DNA of 64,000 nt from Candidatus Latescibacterota bacterium (GTDB taxonomy: Bacteria > Latescibacterota > UBA2968). Below, in pieces: positions 10,228 through 21,075 of the stretch. Positions within the stretch are counted from its first letter, which is position 1. Each line of letters starts with the position of its first letter. The stretch spans positions 1,176,290-1,240,289 of the forward strand of contig CBDDPH010000002.1 of the NCBI GenBank assembly GCA_965232265.1. The letters are read 5' to 3'. The translations under genes were made by a program, and so were the position numbers. Below the pieces are notes generated by a model that saw nothing but the letters and a program-made list of their open reading frames with translations, searched no databases and had not been told where the DNA came from.

Positions 10228-11603
10228 TGCACCCTCCGCCCGGTCAGTGTACGCAGGGTCGTTTGGGTAATTTCGACATTGGTCAGCGCATTGTCTGCAA
10301 CGCCCTCACGCGGAAATACGACTGTCTTAAAACCATCGGATTTTCCCACGGCGAAATCCTCGCCTTTGCGGGCATCTCCCTGTACCAAAACCTCGAGCGT
10401 GCGACCGATATAAGTCGCGTTGATTTCTTCAGAAATGCGATTTTGTTGTGCAATAATGGTTTCGAGCCTTTGTACCTTTTCCTCTTCTGGGACCGTATCG
10501 GGCATCTCGCGGAAAGCGACCGTGCCTTTTCGCGCAGAGTACTTAAACATAAACGCGGAATCATAACGCACCTGCGCCATCAATGCCAGCGTGGCTTCAA
10601 AATCGGTTTGGGTTTCACCGGAAAAGCCAGCGATAATATCTGTACTCAAACATAGATCTGGCATCGCGCCGCGCAAATCATCGACCAGGGCGAGGTAGTC
10701 TTCGACCGTATAACTGCGCTTCATCGCTTCTAGAACGCGGTTTGACCCCGACTGCACGGGCAAATGAATAAAGCGACAAATTTTCTTTTCACGCGCCATC
10801 GTTTCAATGAATTTTTCAGAGAAATCACTCGGATGAGGCGAAGTAAAGCGGATGCGGTCAATACCGTCTATGCGCGCAATCATCGAGAGTAAATCGGCAA
10901 AATCGCAGGCATCATCGCGATAAGAATTGACGGTTTGGCCCAATAAGGTAACCTCTCGAAAACCCGCATCGGCGGCGGCACGAGCTTGTCGGACAATTTC
11001 GTGCGCCGGCACACTGCGCTCTCTGCCGCGCACATAAGGCACAATGCAGAACGTGCAAAACTTATCGCATCCGCGCATAATGGTGATCCAGGCGTTGCTG
11101 CCCTCTTCGCGCAAGGGATCGATGTCCATATAGTATTCGCCGCGATCCAAACGCACGTCCAGAGCTGAATCTCCACGCGCTTCGGCAATGAGTTCGGGCA
11201 GTCGCCGATACGAATCTGGCCCCACGATGAGATCGACATAGGGCGCGTCGTTCATCAGGGATTCTGAAACGTGCTTGGCCATGCATCCCGATACCCCCAT
11301 AATCAGGTCTGGACGCCGATACTTTAGCTGGCGCAATTGTCCCAACCTGCCCCTTATTCGCTCTTCGGCGTGTTCGCGTATCGCGCAGGTATTCAGCACA
11401 ATGACATCGGCATCTTCCGGGCGATGGACAGAGGTATATCCCGATTGCTTCAAAATGCCCTGCATCAGTTCCGTATCCGATACATTCATCTGGCAACCAT
11501 AGGTCTCGATAAAAACCTTTTGCCCAGACACGGGTGCGACAGGTATCTCGGGCTCGGTTTGTACGGCGCGACCGTCTAATTCGATATCGAGCAATGCGCT
11601 CAC
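10224..11603 (-). CDS. miaB: tRNA (N6-isopentenyladenosine37-C2)-methylthiotransferase
   Basis: [15 protein letters not shown]0004 N-terminus, radical-SAM CxxxCxxC (CDKFCTFC) and a C-terminal TRAM domain. Overlaps lipA by 4 bp. Confidence 0.9.
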   Translation of the reverse strand: MSALLDIELDGRAVQTEPEIPVAPVSGQKVFIETYGCQMNVSDTELMQGILKQSGYTSVHRPEDADVIVLNTCAIREHAEERIRGRLGQLRQLKYRRPDLIMGVSGCMAKHVSESLMNDAPYVDLIVGPDSYRRLPELIAEARGDSALDVRLDRGEYYMDIDPLREEGSNAWITIMRGCDKFCTFCIVPYVRGRERSVPAHEIVRQARAAADAGFREVTLLGQTVNSYRDDACDFADLLSMIARIDGIDRIRFTSPHPSDFSEKFIETMAREKKICRFIHLPVQSGSNRVLEAMKRSYTVEDYLALVDDLRGAMPDLCLSTDIIAGFSGETQTDFEATLALMAQVRYDSAFMFKYSARKGTVAFREMPDTVPEEEKVQRLETIIAQQNRISEEINATYIGRTLEVLVQGDARKGEDFAVGKSDGFKTVVFPREGVADNALTNVEITQTTLRTLTGRRVQ

Positions 11604-12727
11604 GTTCGTTTCCTTTTTATTTTTTTTCTTGCCAAACGCATCTCTTCCATTACTTCTGCATCGCGTTCACACAACAGTGCTTTGTCAAGCGCCCGTCTCG
11701 CCCGCCCGCCTCCAATTTTGCCCAGTGCCCAAGCCGCGTGTTGTCGCACGAGTGGCTCATCATCTGTCAGGGCATTTACCAGGGCGGGAACTTCAGATTT
11801 ACCTCCCACATTGCCCAATGCCACGGCAACATTTCGCAATAATCCACGCCGTTTGGCACGCTTGATTGGGCTGTTTTTAAATCGCTTAGAAAAAGCCTCT
11901 TGATCCATGTGTAGTAAGTCAGTCAGCGCGGGCGCATTCAAACCCTCGCGCGCCTGAAAAGCATTTTCAGAAGTCGGCTTTGCGTGTTTGAGATTCCAGG
12001 GGCATACTTCCTGACAGATATCACATCCAAAGACCCAGTTGCCCACGTCCGATCTCAAATCCCGCGGAATAGCGCCTTTCAATTCAATGGTCAAATAAGA
12101 AATACACCGCCGAGAATCCACGACATAAGGTTCTGGAATGGCGTCTGTTGGACACGCATCCATGCACTGCGTACAGGTGCCGCAGTGATCGGGTTGCGGG
12201 CGATCAATTTCGAGATCGAGATTCAGAATAATCTCGCCTAAAAAAAACCAGGACCCGCGGCTTTTGTCAATCAAGCAGGTGTGTTTCCCAAACCAGCCCA
12301 GCCCGGCTCGAGCGGCGAAATCGCGCTCCAGAACAGGCCCGGTATCGACATAGACCCGGCCCTCAGCAGAGGGTTCAATTTGCTGAATTTGAGATAGGAG
12401 TTGGAGCAAGCGGTCTTTCATGACGGTGTGATAATCATCGCCACGCGCATAGCGCGCAATCTGCCCTTTGGGCGCACCGTCATTATCGGATCCATCGGAA
12501 CGGGGCTGATAATTGAGGCCCACGCAGAGTACTGATTTGGCGTCTGGAAAAATCTGGCGAATATCTGACCTTCGATCCAGGTTGCGAGCCAAATACCCCA
12601 TTTCCCCCGCGTAGCCCATCCCCAGCCACTTTTGATAAAACGCCCAGTGTTGCGGGGGATCTGCGGATGCAATCCCCACGGGATCAAATCCCAAACGCCG
12701 CGCCACATCCTTAATCCGACGGGTCAT
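11600..12727 (-). CDS. queG: epoxyqueuosine reductase
   Basis: QueG N-terminal domain, 4Fe-4S ferredoxin motifs (CGTCTQCMDACP, CDICQEVCP) and C-terminal HEAT repeats. Start set at MTRRIKDV. Confidence 0.8.
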   Translation of the reverse strand: MTRRIKDVARRLGFDPVGIASADPPQHWAFYQKWLGMGYAGEMGYLARNLDRRSDIRQIFPDAKSVLCVGLNYQPRSDGSDNDGAPKGQIARYARGDDYHTVMKDRLLQLLSQIQQIEPSAEGRVYVDTGPVLERDFAARAGLGWFGKHTCLIDKSRGSWFFLGEIILNLDLEIDRPQPDHCGTCTQCMDACPTDAIPEPYVVDSRRCISYLTIELKGAIPRDLRSDVGNWVFGCDICQEVCPWNLKHAKPTSENAFQAREGLNAPALTDLLHMDQEAFSKRFKNSPIKRAKRRGLLRNVAVALGNVGGKSEVPALVNALTDDEPLVRQHAAWALGKIGGGRARRALDKALLCERDAEVMEEMRLARKKIKRKRT

Positions 12728-12781
12728 GCAGGTACTCCAAAAATAGAGGACAGGGCACAACAATGCCCTGTCCCGCGATTC

Positions 12782-13156
12782 TCAGGTCTGACGAGCCAGT
12801 TTGTCAAGTGCATTGCGAACGGCATCTACTGCCAGATCAGCGGCGTGTTTCCGCGTGGGTGGCAAGCCGCCAAGCGCAGTCTCGATATCGGCACGAACAA
12901 TTTTAAACGCCTGAACGGGCGTTTTCCCAACCACCCATTCCGTGAGCACAGACCCCGAAGCAATGGTTGCAGCACATCCCTGTGCCCGGAAAAGAGCGCG
13001 GTCAATAACGCCGTCTCGGATGGCAATATGCAGGGATAGGGTCGCCCCCGAAGCGGGATTTTCTGCAAATCCAATCGCATCGGGGGTGTCTAATGCGCCG
13101 ACATTTCTGGGATGTTCAAAATGATCCCGTAAAATCGTGGAGTAATCATCAGACAT
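12782..13156 (-). CDS. Fe-S cluster assembly scaffold, NifU/IscU/SufU-like
   Basis: HFEHPRNVGALDTPDAIGFAENPASGATLSLHI...AQGCAATIASGS conserved Cys scaffold motifs. The ORF-track N-terminal extension overlaps rny and is rejected. Confidence 0.65.
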   Translation of the reverse strand: MSDDYSTILRDHFEHPRNVGALDTPDAIGFAENPASGATLSLHIAIRDGVIDRALFRAQGCAATIASGSVLTEWVVGKTPVQAFKIVRADIETALGGLPPTRKHAADLAVDAVRNALDKLARQT

Positions 13157-13160
13157 GGAA

Positions 13161-14843
13161 TTACGCGCCGGCCCGTGAAGAAGTTCCCGAGCGATAATTG
13201 CGTCCGCGCCGACCATAGCGCCGCCCTCTACTGCGCGGAATGCGTTTGCCAGAGCGGCCAGCCCAACCTGTGGCAATTGTTTGTCTAATTACCGTGATCT
13301 GAACCTCGCCCGGATAGGTCATTTCTTCGCGGATACGCTCGGCAATTGCAAAGGACAGATCTTTGGCCTGTTCGTCGTTCACGCGCCCGGCATTGACCAG
13401 CACGCGCACTTCTCGCCCGGCATTGATGGCATAAGCATCGCGCACGCCATCGAAAGATTGCGCCACCTCTTCTAAATCGCGCACCCGTTTGATATATCCT
13501 TCGGCATCGTCGCGCCGAGCACCGGGACGCGATGAAGAAATCGCATCGGCTGCCTTGACCAAAAACGAAAGCGGGGTGGAAGCCTCCGCCTCGCCATGGT
13601 GATAGAAAATGCCGTTGATAACCTCTTTGCCCTCGCCGTATTTGCCAGCCAGATGCGCGCCAATGTCGGTGTGTTTGCCCTCGAGTTCCTGGTCCACGGC
13701 TTTGCCGATATCGTGCAATAGCCCACATCGCCGCGCGAGTTTTTCATCCATGCCCAATTCTGCTGCCATTGCACCGGCCAGAAAAGCCACTTCTTTGGAA
13801 TGCCCCAAAACGCTTTGCCCATAACTCGTGCGATACTTGAGTTTTCCGACCAGTTTGACCAGTTCCGGATGCAATGATTCAATACCCAATTCGCGCACTG
13901 CCTGACGGCCTTCTTCGGCAATAAGTGAGTAGATCTTCTTTTCGCAGTTGGCAACAACCGCTTCAACGCGGCTTGGATTGATGCGGCCGTCGCGCACCAA
14001 TTGCTCCATAGACAGACGCGCCACATCGCGCTTGACCGGATCAAAGCTGGATAAGACAACCGCCTCGGGCGTATCGTTCACAATGACTTTCACACCGGTG
14101 GCGGCTTCAAACGCAATGATATTGCGCCCCTCTTTGCCGACAATCCGCCCCTTGATATGATCATCGGGCAATGTGACAACCGATATGGATGACTGAACGG
14201 TTTGATCGGTGGAACAGCGTTCTATTGCCTGTGCCAGAATTTTCTTGGCCTCGCGGTCAGCTCGTTCTCTGGCGTGATCGATAATTTCGCGGCCGATATT
14301 TGCTGCTGTCTGCCGCAGGGAATGGCGAATGTTTTCGAGTAACATATCACGGGCGCGATCGACATTCATACCCGAAATACGCTCCAGTTGTGCCCGTTGT
14401 TGATCGAGAACATCGGTCAGTTCCAGCTCTCGTTTTTCCAAACGGACGGCTTTTTGATTTCCCTCTTGTTCCCGCCGGGTTAAGGTCTTTTCGCGCTGGC
14501 TTGCAACTTCGGCCTGTTTTGCGAGACGAGTCTCTTGTTCCTGCAATTCTCCATTTCGGCGATCTAAGGCACGCTGTTTTTTATCAAAAGACTTTTCAAT
14601 TTCCGCCTTTTCTTCATACCAACTGTTTTTAATTTCTAAAAAAGCAGCCTTGCGATCTCGGTCTTCCTGTTTCGCGAGTTTGATTGCGCGTTTTTCTGCC
14701 TGCTGTTCAATATCTCGCATTTTTCTATCTCTAATGTGGGTGCCAATAAACCACCCGATTCCAAACGTAATAAGGGCAATGGCAACTGCCAGATAGATGA
14801 TAATGTTCGTTGCCATTGAAGCTCCCTGAAATAGCATGTCCAT
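13161..14843 (-). CDS. rny: ribonuclease Y
   Basis: N-terminal TM helix, coiled-coil region, KH domain and HD domain (GLLHDIGKA). Carries an unusual 35-40-aa Arg-rich C-terminal tail. Confidence 0.85.
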   Translation of the reverse strand: MDMLFQGASMATNIIIYLAVAIALITFGIGWFIGTHIRDRKMRDIEQQAEKRAIKLAKQEDRDRKAAFLEIKNSWYEEKAEIEKSFDKKQRALDRRNGELQEQETRLAKQAEVASQREKTLTRREQEGNQKAVRLEKRELELTDVLDQQRAQLERISGMNVDRARDMLLENIRHSLRQTAANIGREIIDHARERADREAKKILAQAIERCSTDQTVQSSISVVTLPDDHIKGRIVGKEGRNIIAFEAATGVKVIVNDTPEAVVLSSFDPVKRDVARLSMEQLVRDGRINPSRVEAVVANCEKKIYSLIAEEGRQAVRELGIESLHPELVKLVGKLKYRTSYGQSVLGHSKEVAFLAGAMAAELGMDEKLARRCGLLHDIGKAVDQELEGKHTDIGAHLAGKYGEGKEVINGIFYHHGEAEASTPLSFLVKAADAISSSRPGARRDDAEGYIKRVRDLEEVAQSFDGVRDAYAINAGREVRVLVNAGRVNDEQAKDLSFAIAERIREEMTYPGEVQITVIRQTIATGWAGRSGKRIPRSRGRRYGRRGRNYRSGTSSRAGA

Positions 14844-15059
14844 TGGAGCCTCCTGTCAAAATTCAAATCCGGTTTTATATCCAGAACGCAGGTGCGAAAG
14901 ATATTTTTACACAGCTTCTGCACAAACTGCGCCGATGCGTTATACGCATCGCAAATAAGAAAAAATATGAAAAAAATAGACGTCATGCGTTTTTATTCCT
15001 CAGAAGCTGGCTTAAAGCGATAAAGGGGTGTTATGTGGTGATGTTTTAAAGGACTCAAA

Positions 15060-15090
15060 AGGGAGGAATCGCGAGGCGACCCCTCCCTTC
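15060..15090 (-). terminator. putative intrinsic terminator downstream of iscA
   Basis: GGGAGG...CCTCCC hairpin; the reverse strand is followed by TTTTGAG. Confidence 0.35.
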
Positions 15091-15119
15091 AACACACGGG
15101 CTTTTCTACAAAGCGATGT

Positions 15120-15446
15120 TTACACGCTAAATGATTCTCCACAGCCACACTGATTTCTGGCATTGGGATTGTTAAATCGAAATCCCGTTCCCATCAGGCC
15201 ATCGTCGTAGTCCAGTTCAGTGCCTGTCAAAAAGAGCGCGCTTTTCATATCGACAAAAACCCGAACGCCATAAGCTTCAATTACGCTGTCATCTGCGCGG
15301 GTAGTCTCATCGAAGTCGAGCTGATATTGAAGGCCAGAACATCCGCCGCCGATCACTTTCAAGCGCAAACCATGACCTTCGGGACGTCCTTCTCTGTCCA
15401 TGAGCTCTTTAATTTTGCCCGCTGCTGTTTCTGTGACGCAGACCAT
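15120..15446 (-). CDS. HesB/IscA family iron-sulfur cluster insertion protein
   Basis: C-terminal CGCGESF motif and the IscA/ErpA fold signature. Confidence 0.8.
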   Translation of the reverse strand: MVCVTETAAGKIKELMDREGRPEGHGLRLKVIGGGCSGLQYQLDFDETTRADDSVIEAYGVRVFVDMKSALFLTGTELDYDDGLMGTGFRFNNPNARNQCGCGESFSV

Positions 15447-15457
15447 AAATGCCTCCA

Positions 15458-15943
15458 TTAACTCAACGCTTGCAGACACGCTTTAATCGCATCAAAATCG
15501 GGCAACTGGGTTGGATCGTCGGACACAGAAGCAAAACGCACCACGCCGCTTTTATCTACGACAAAAGCCGAACGCTTTGCCACGCCCTTAAATCCAATCA
15601 AGTCTTCGAATTGCGATCCATAAGCCGCGCTGACTTCTTTGTTGAAATCGCTGAGCAGGGGAACGGTAATATCGTTTTCCTTTGCCCATGCTTCCTGGGC
15701 AAAGGGGCTATCTACACTGATGCCCAAAACCTGTGCATCGAGGGCGTCGTAATCGGCCAGACCACCACTGACCGAGCACATTTCATCGGTACAGACGCCG
15801 GTATAAGCGAGTGGGAAAAACAAAATTACGACGTTTTTTTGCTCTCTGTAATCGCTCAGAGAAATATCGGTCATATCGTCGCCAGACTTTGATTTCAGCG
15901 TAAAATCTGGTGCCTGATCACCTACAGTAATACCCATTATCAT
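15458..15943 (-). CDS. peroxiredoxin (AhpC/TSA-redoxin family)
   Basis: FPLAYTGVCTDE peroxidatic Cys motif. Confidence 0.8.
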   Translation of the reverse strand: MIMGITVGDQAPDFTLKSKSGDDMTDISLSDYREQKNVVILFFPLAYTGVCTDEMCSVSGGLADYDALDAQVLGISVDSPFAQEAWAKENDITVPLLSDFNKEVSAAYGSQFEDLIGFKGVAKRSAFVVDKSGVVRFASVSDDPTQLPDFDAIKACLQALS

Positions 15944-15958
15944 ATCCTTTGGAAAAAC

Positions 15959-16570
15959 TTACAGCGCAGCTTCGTAACGGCGATTGACTTCGTCCCAGTT
16001 AATCGTATTGGTCCAGGCTTCAATATAATCGGGACGCAAATTCTGATACTTGAGATAATAAGCGTGTTCCCACACATCGAGGCCGAGAATGGGCGTTCCG
16101 TCACCTGTCATGATCGGATTATCTTGATTGGCAGTGCTCAAAATATCGAGCTTGCCGTCTTTGACCACGAGCCAGGCCCAACCACTGCCAAAGCGCGTTG
16201 TGGCAGCAGTGACAAATTGTTCTTTTGCAGCTTCCACACCGCCCAAATCGGACCCAATAGCGCTGGCGACTGCGCCTGTTGGCCCACCACCGCCATTGGG
16301 GCTCATAATTGTCCAGAACAAACTGTGGTTGGCATGGCCGCCGCCATTGTTTTGAACAGCCGTGCGGATATCTTCTGGCACGCTGTCCAAATTGGTGATC
16401 AAACTTTCGATAGACTGATTTGCCAGATCATCGTGCCCCTCAAGTGCGGCATTGAGATTGGTCACGTAGGCATTGTGGTGCTTGGAATGGTGAATTTCCA
16501 TCGTCCGCGCGTCAATATGTGGTTCGAGTGCATCATAAGCATAGGGCAAGTCGGGCAATTGGTATGCCAT
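15959..16570 (-). CDS. superoxide dismutase (Fe/Mn)
   Basis: [32 protein letters not shown] and DVWEHAYY metal-ligand motifs. Confidence 0.9.
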   Translation of the reverse strand: MAYQLPDLPYAYDALEPHIDARTMEIHHSKHHNAYVTNLNAALEGHDDLANQSIESLITNLDSVPEDIRTAVQNNGGGHANHSLFWTIMSPNGGGGPTGAVASAIGSDLGGVEAAKEQFVTAATTRFGSGWAWLVVKDGKLDILSTANQDNPIMTGDGTPILGLDVWEHAYYLKYQNLRPDYIEAWTNTINWDEVNRRYEAAL

Positions 16571-16737
16571 TTTGAAACTCCTTGTTTAGAGATGAATCGT
16601 TAGAAATGAATTGCGATAGCATGACTGACTTTGAGTTCAAAATATAATGAACTCCCATAAGGGCGTCAAGTCCTTATACAAGTCGTTTATTTTATGTAAC
16701 ATAAATACTTACAACAACTTGATATACGCCAAAAAAA

Positions 16738-17592
16738 TCATTTGATATGAACCAGTGCGTTGTCTATCAGGCGTGCATTGCCAAACCGCACTGCCACGGC
16801 CAGCAAAACGGAATTTTTTAGCTCAGCAACGGGTGTGAGATCTTTTGCATCGACGGCTTCGATATAGTCGATTTCTGCACTGCGCTGTGGTTCAATGACA
16901 TCGCGCATAGCTTCAATGACCTTTTGGGCACGTCTTTCGCCTCGCGCGATCATTTTTTGTCCCACCATCAATGCGCGGTAAAGCGCGGGGGCTTCCCGCC
17001 GTTCTTCAGCACCCAAATACGCATTTCTCGAACTCATCGCCAATCCGTCCGCTTCGCGCACTGTGGGGGCCATCAGTATCTCTACATCCAGGTTGAGATC
17101 GCGCACCATGCGTTGAATGACGATTGTTTGTTGCGCGTCTTTTTGTCCAAAGACAGCCACATGGGGTTTTACTGCCGCAAACAGTTTGGTCACGATTGTT
17201 GTCACACCTTCAAAATGCCCCGGACGACTTGCGCCACACAGCCTTTCGGTCAGCTTTGCCACGCGCACCGATGTTGCAAAATCTCCGGGATATATTTCTT
17301 TTTTCTCGGGCAAATATACGAGATGTGCGCCGTGTTGGTCGAGCAATTTCAGGTCCCGATCAATGTCTCTTGGATAGGCTGCGAGATCTTCGGTGGGACC
17401 AAATTGCAGGGGGTTGACAAAAATGCTCACCACAACCCGATCTGTTACTTTTAATGCCTGGCGCACGAGGCTGAGATGGCCTTCGTGTAGATATCCCATT
17501 GTGGGTACAAGCCCGATACGCAGGCCCGCCTGTCGGATACGGTCCGCTGCGCGGTGCATCTCGCGGACGGTTTTTATAATTTTTACGGCCAT
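16738..17592 (-). CDS. panC: pantoate--beta-alanine ligase
   Basis: VPTMGYLHEGHLSL HIGH-class motif and the PanC fold. Confidence 0.9.
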   Translation of the reverse strand: MAVKIIKTVREMHRAADRIRQAGLRIGLVPTMGYLHEGHLSLVRQALKVTDRVVVSIFVNPLQFGPTEDLAAYPRDIDRDLKLLDQHGAHLVYLPEKKEIYPGDFATSVRVAKLTERLCGASRPGHFEGVTTIVTKLFAAVKPHVAVFGQKDAQQTIVIQRMVRDLNLDVEILMAPTVREADGLAMSSRNAYLGAEERREAPALYRALMVGQKMIARGERRAQKVIEAMRDVIEPQRSAEIDYIEAVDAKDLTPVAELKNSVLLAVAVRFGNARLIDNALVHIK

Positions 17593-18425
17593 TATTCGTC
17601 TATTCGCGCCCTGAATTGGCGCAGTTCCGCGCTCTTTATCTTAAAACGGTGTTTGTCTTCTGGAAATCGGTGTGCCTTGATATCTGCGACATAGTCTGCA
17701 AATGCCCGATGCATCTCCCCTTTGAGGTCGGTGTATGTTTTGACAAACCGATAATGGCTTTTGTAAACGCCCAGCATATCGTGTGCAACCAGCACCTGTC
17801 CATCGCATACACGCCCGGCACCAATTCCAATGGTTGGTATGGACACCCGGTTGGTCACGACTTCGGCAATGCGCTCGGGCACGCATTCTAAAACCACGGC
17901 CAGCGCGCCGGCAGACGCCAAAGCATCGGCATCGTACAGGACATCGAGCGCTTCTTCGGCGCGGTCGCCAAACACGGGACGCTGACCCGTGCGCGTTTGG
18001 GGCGTATAGCCAACGTGTCCCACCACCGGGATACCCTCGGCGACTAGGGCCTCGACCTGGGGCGTTATATTGCGCCCCCCCTCGAGTTTAACCACTTCGG
18101 TGCCCGCAGAAACCAATTGCCGCGCATTTTCTATTGCACGCTCCGGCGTTTCGTAAGCGCGATAGGGCAAATCTGCCATCAACAGCGCACTCACGACTCC
18201 GCGCCGCACCGCTTGCGTGTGGTGGCGCATATCATCCATTGTCACCTGCTGTGGGCTTTTATATCCCAACACATTGACGCCAACCGAGTCTCCCACAAAA
18301 ATGACATCGACACCCGCAGCATCTTGAAAAACAGCCATGGGATGATCGTAACAGGTCAACACCGCAATGGGTTCGCCTCGTTGTTTCATCCGTGTGAGAG
18401 TTTCTGGTTTTACCCGCGATCCCAT
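17592..18425 (-). CDS. panB: 3-methyl-2-oxobutanoate hydroxymethyltransferase
   Basis: IAVLTCYDHPMA and VFVGDSVG PanB motifs. Lies immediately upstream of panC. Confidence 0.9.
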   Translation of the reverse strand: MGSRVKPETLTRMKQRGEPIAVLTCYDHPMAVFQDAAGVDVIFVGDSVGVNVLGYKSPQQVTMDDMRHHTQAVRRGVVSALLMADLPYRAYETPERAIENARQLVSAGTEVVKLEGGRNITPQVEALVAEGIPVVGHVGYTPQTRTGQRPVFGDRAEEALDVLYDADALASAGALAVVLECVPERIAEVVTNRVSIPTIGIGAGRVCDGQVLVAHDMLGVYKSHYRFVKTYTDLKGEMHRAFADYVADIKAHRFPEDKHRFKIKSAELRQFRARIDE

Positions 18426-18428
18426 AGA

Positions 18429-19082
18429 TCAAATCCACCTCGTCTTGCCAGCTTCCATGTGTGTTGGTCGATAATAACGGGTTCCAGACGGAGGAGATTT
18501 AATTTGTGCCAGTAAATCCTCCAGGTGTTCTGGGCGATTTTCAAAATCGACCTCCGATACATTGACTGCGAGTAGCGGTGTGATCGAATAATGAAAGAAA
18601 AACTGGTTATACGCTTCCAATAACTTCGAGATGTATTCTTTTGATATCTCTCTTTCATATCCGCGTTCATGGCGTCTTATACCCCGCATCAGATGATTGA
18701 CTGTGGTCTGTAAATAAATCACCAGATCTGGACGGGGAAGTTTTGCACTCAATGTTTCGGCCAGTCGCTCATAGAGCGCGAATTCCGCATCATTGAGCGT
18801 CACATTGGCGTAGATGCGATCTTTTTCAAAAATAAAATTGCTGACCACAGCTTCTTGAAATAAGTCCATCTGATGGAGTTCTTGTTGCTGTCGATAGCGG
18901 CTTAGCATAAAAAAGACTTGGGTTTGAAAGCCATATTGATCGGGAGCCTCGTAGAACAAGGGCAAAAAGGGATTTTCTTCGGGTTCTTCAAGCAGCAGGC
19001 GGGCATTTAGACGACGCCCTAAAAGGCGGGCGAAACGCTTTTTGCCCACACCTGTTACGCCTTCAATAGCTATATATCGCAA
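18429..19082 (-). CDS. deoxynucleoside kinase
   Basis: P-loop IAIEGVTGVGKK and the dNK-family ERS motif region. Confidence 0.75.
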   Translation of the reverse strand: MRYIAIEGVTGVGKKRFARLLGRRLNARLLLEEPEENPFLPLFYEAPDQYGFQTQVFFMLSRYRQQQELHQMDLFQEAVVSNFIFEKDRIYANVTLNDAEFALYERLAETLSAKLPRPDLVIYLQTTVNHLMRGIRRHERGYEREISKEYISKLLEAYNQFFFHYSITPLLAVNVSEVDFENRPEHLEDLLAQIKSPPSGTRYYRPTHMEAGKTRWI

Positions 19083-19099
19083 TGCTAAATCCCCTGGTC

Positions 19100-19603
19100 T
19101 TATTTTCTGTTGATCAAATTGAGACCTTCAATTTTTCGCACGGGCAAATCCATGCCCAAAGAATCGGTCAAACATTGAATCGATTGATGCAGGACGGGGT
19201 GTTTGAGGTCGGGTTTGAGGTCGCAAAGCGGTATCAGGACGAATGCGCGCTCGTGCAGGCGTGGGTGTGGCACCTGCAAGCCCGGCTGGTTGATGACGGC
19301 ATCGCCATACAATAAAATATCGAGGTCCAGGGTGCGCGGTCCCCACCGTGTCTGACGCACGCGACCAAATTCGCGCTCAATTGCCAGTAGGCAATTCAAT
19401 AAATTTCGCGCAGAGAGACGGGTATGGATTTGCAGAACTGCGTTGAGAAAATACGGCTGGTCAACTACACCTATCGGGGCGGTCTCATAGACTGCAGAGG
19501 CTGCGACAACGGCGATCTCGGGTTTTGCATCTATCATACCCGTCGCGTCCTGGAGCGTTTTTTCTCGATCTCCCAAATTCGCGCCAATGCCAATGTAGAT
19601 CAC
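19100..19603 (-). CDS. folK: 2-amino-4-hydroxy-6-hydroxymethyldihydropteridine diphosphokinase
   Basis: IYIGIGANLGD N-terminus and RWGPRTLDLDIL HPPK motif. Confidence 0.85.
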   Translation of the reverse strand: MIYIGIGANLGDREKTLQDATGMIDAKPEIAVVAASAVYETAPIGVVDQPYFLNAVLQIHTRLSARNLLNCLLAIEREFGRVRQTRWGPRTLDLDILLYGDAVINQPGLQVPHPRLHERAFVLIPLCDLKPDLKHPVLHQSIQCLTDSLGMDLPVRKIEGLNLINRK

Positions 19604-19959
19604 GTTTCACGTCTCACTTCAACTTCAACGCCATCGAAATTGACGGATACTGGCGGATTGGGTTTGCGAACTCGCACGAGGAGTTTTGACAATCCCAATT
19701 CCGACTGCAAAACATCGGCGATGCGGTCTGCCAGGGCTTCGACAAGGCCAAACCTTTCTCCTGTCACCACTTGCTCGACTATTTTACAGACGCGCGGATA
19801 ATCGACAGCCCGAGGCGTATCCTTGTGTGCAAATCCCCTGAAATTGCCATAGATTTCTACGTCAACTTCAAATTTTTGACCGAGTTTGGCCTCTTCTTCA
19901 AACAGCCCATGGTAGCCGTAAAAAGCCATATTTTTTATTCTCAGTACGTCATTTGTCAT
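19600..19959 (-). CDS. folB: dihydroneopterin aldolase
   Basis: MAFYGYHGLFEEEAKLGQKFEVDV FolB signature. Overlaps folK by 4 bp. Confidence 0.85.
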   Translation of the reverse strand: MTNDVLRIKNMAFYGYHGLFEEEAKLGQKFEVDVEIYGNFRGFAHKDTPRAVDYPRVCKIVEQVVTGERFGLVEALADRIADVLQSELGLSKLLVRVRKPNPPVSVNFDGVEVEVRRET

Positions 19960-19985
19960 GGTGCTAATATTTACAATTCCATGTG

Positions 19986-20969
19986 TTAAGTCAAGGAGTT
20001 TGCTGTAAATGGCAAGTTGACCACTTCGGCCTCTGATCCGTCGTCCAGGAGTACGCGCTGTCCCGCTTCGTGATAGCTCCGGCGGATGATGGCAAGTGCG
20101 ATCACGCGATTGAGGAGAAGCGATTTCACGCAGGTGGTTACCCGTCCAACGGTTTTACCGTTGACTGTGATATTGCCACAAACAGGCGTATTGCCGATTA
20201 GGCCGGTTAGATAGCGGCGGGGGCGTCCCCGAAAGTGCATTTTGGCGATTACCTCTTGCCCAATGTAGCATCCCTTGTCAAAATCGACTGCGCGATTTAA
20301 ACCAACTTCGAGGGGCGCGACTGATTCATCGATCTCGGCGCCATAACGGGGAATGCCAGCTTCAACCCGCAATATTTCCTCCACTTGCCAGCCGATTGGC
20401 GTTCCGCCTGCTGTGACGAGTGCCCGCCGCAATGAATCGGCACGGTCTTGAGCAATGCGGAGATCACAACCCGGTTCGCCCGTGTATGATCGCGCGGTGA
20501 CCCAAATTGGGATGCCTTCAAATTTGCGTATAATCGTATGATGTTCGGGGAGGTCAACAGGTACGCGCCCGACAACCCGACTGACTAATTCATAGGCCGC
20601 GGGACCCTGTACCCCAAAAATGGCCCAGGCGTCGGATTCGTCCGATAGTGCGACATCATCGGCGATCAGATAGCGGTCCAGGGTTTCAATTAGCTTTGTC
20701 GCAAGTTCCGGTTCTGTTTCCATATAGATACAATCTCGTAAGCGGTGGACCCAAACATCTAATAGCGTTTGTCCTCGCGCCGATGTGACTGCGGCGTAAT
20801 TGCCCTCATTTTCGGCGAGGGATTCAACGGTATTGGTCACCATGCCGTGCAAAAATCTCAGACAATCCGCGCCTTCTGCACGCACTTTGCCCCGCTTGCT
20901 GCGGTTGAATATCCCCGCGTTTTCTCGAACGGCGCGGTACTGTGTTTCCACATTTCGATGCGATGACAT
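19986..20969 (-). CDS. folate-binding aminomethyltransferase-like protein (YgfZ/GcvT family)
   Basis: GcvT-like N-terminal domain (RGKVRAEGADCLRFLHGMVTN). Confidence 0.65.
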   Translation of the reverse strand: MSSHRNVETQYRAVRENAGIFNRSKRGKVRAEGADCLRFLHGMVTNTVESLAENEGNYAAVTSARGQTLLDVWVHRLRDCIYMETEPELATKLIETLDRYLIADDVALSDESDAWAIFGVQGPAAYELVSRVVGRVPVDLPEHHTIIRKFEGIPIWVTARSYTGEPGCDLRIAQDRADSLRRALVTAGGTPIGWQVEEILRVEAGIPRYGAEIDESVAPLEVGLNRAVDFDKGCYIGQEVIAKMHFRGRPRRYLTGLIGNTPVCGNITVNGKTVGRVTTCVKSLLLNRVIALAIIRRSYHEAGQRVLLDDGSEAEVVNLPFTANSLT

Positions 20970-21075
20970 ATATCTTATCCTCCTATTGCCTAATTGGGGT
21001 AATATCTATATACTTTGAAAATGCCGTTTTTGTCAAAGGATTCTTATTCTCATCACAAATCAAAAGGAGATTCGT

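Noticed and set aside
12782-13276. Full-length 164-aa version of the Fe-S scaffold ORF
   Set aside because: The first 40 codons overlap the rny 3' end in another frame and are Ala/Gly-rich. A conserved start is at MSDDYS (13156).
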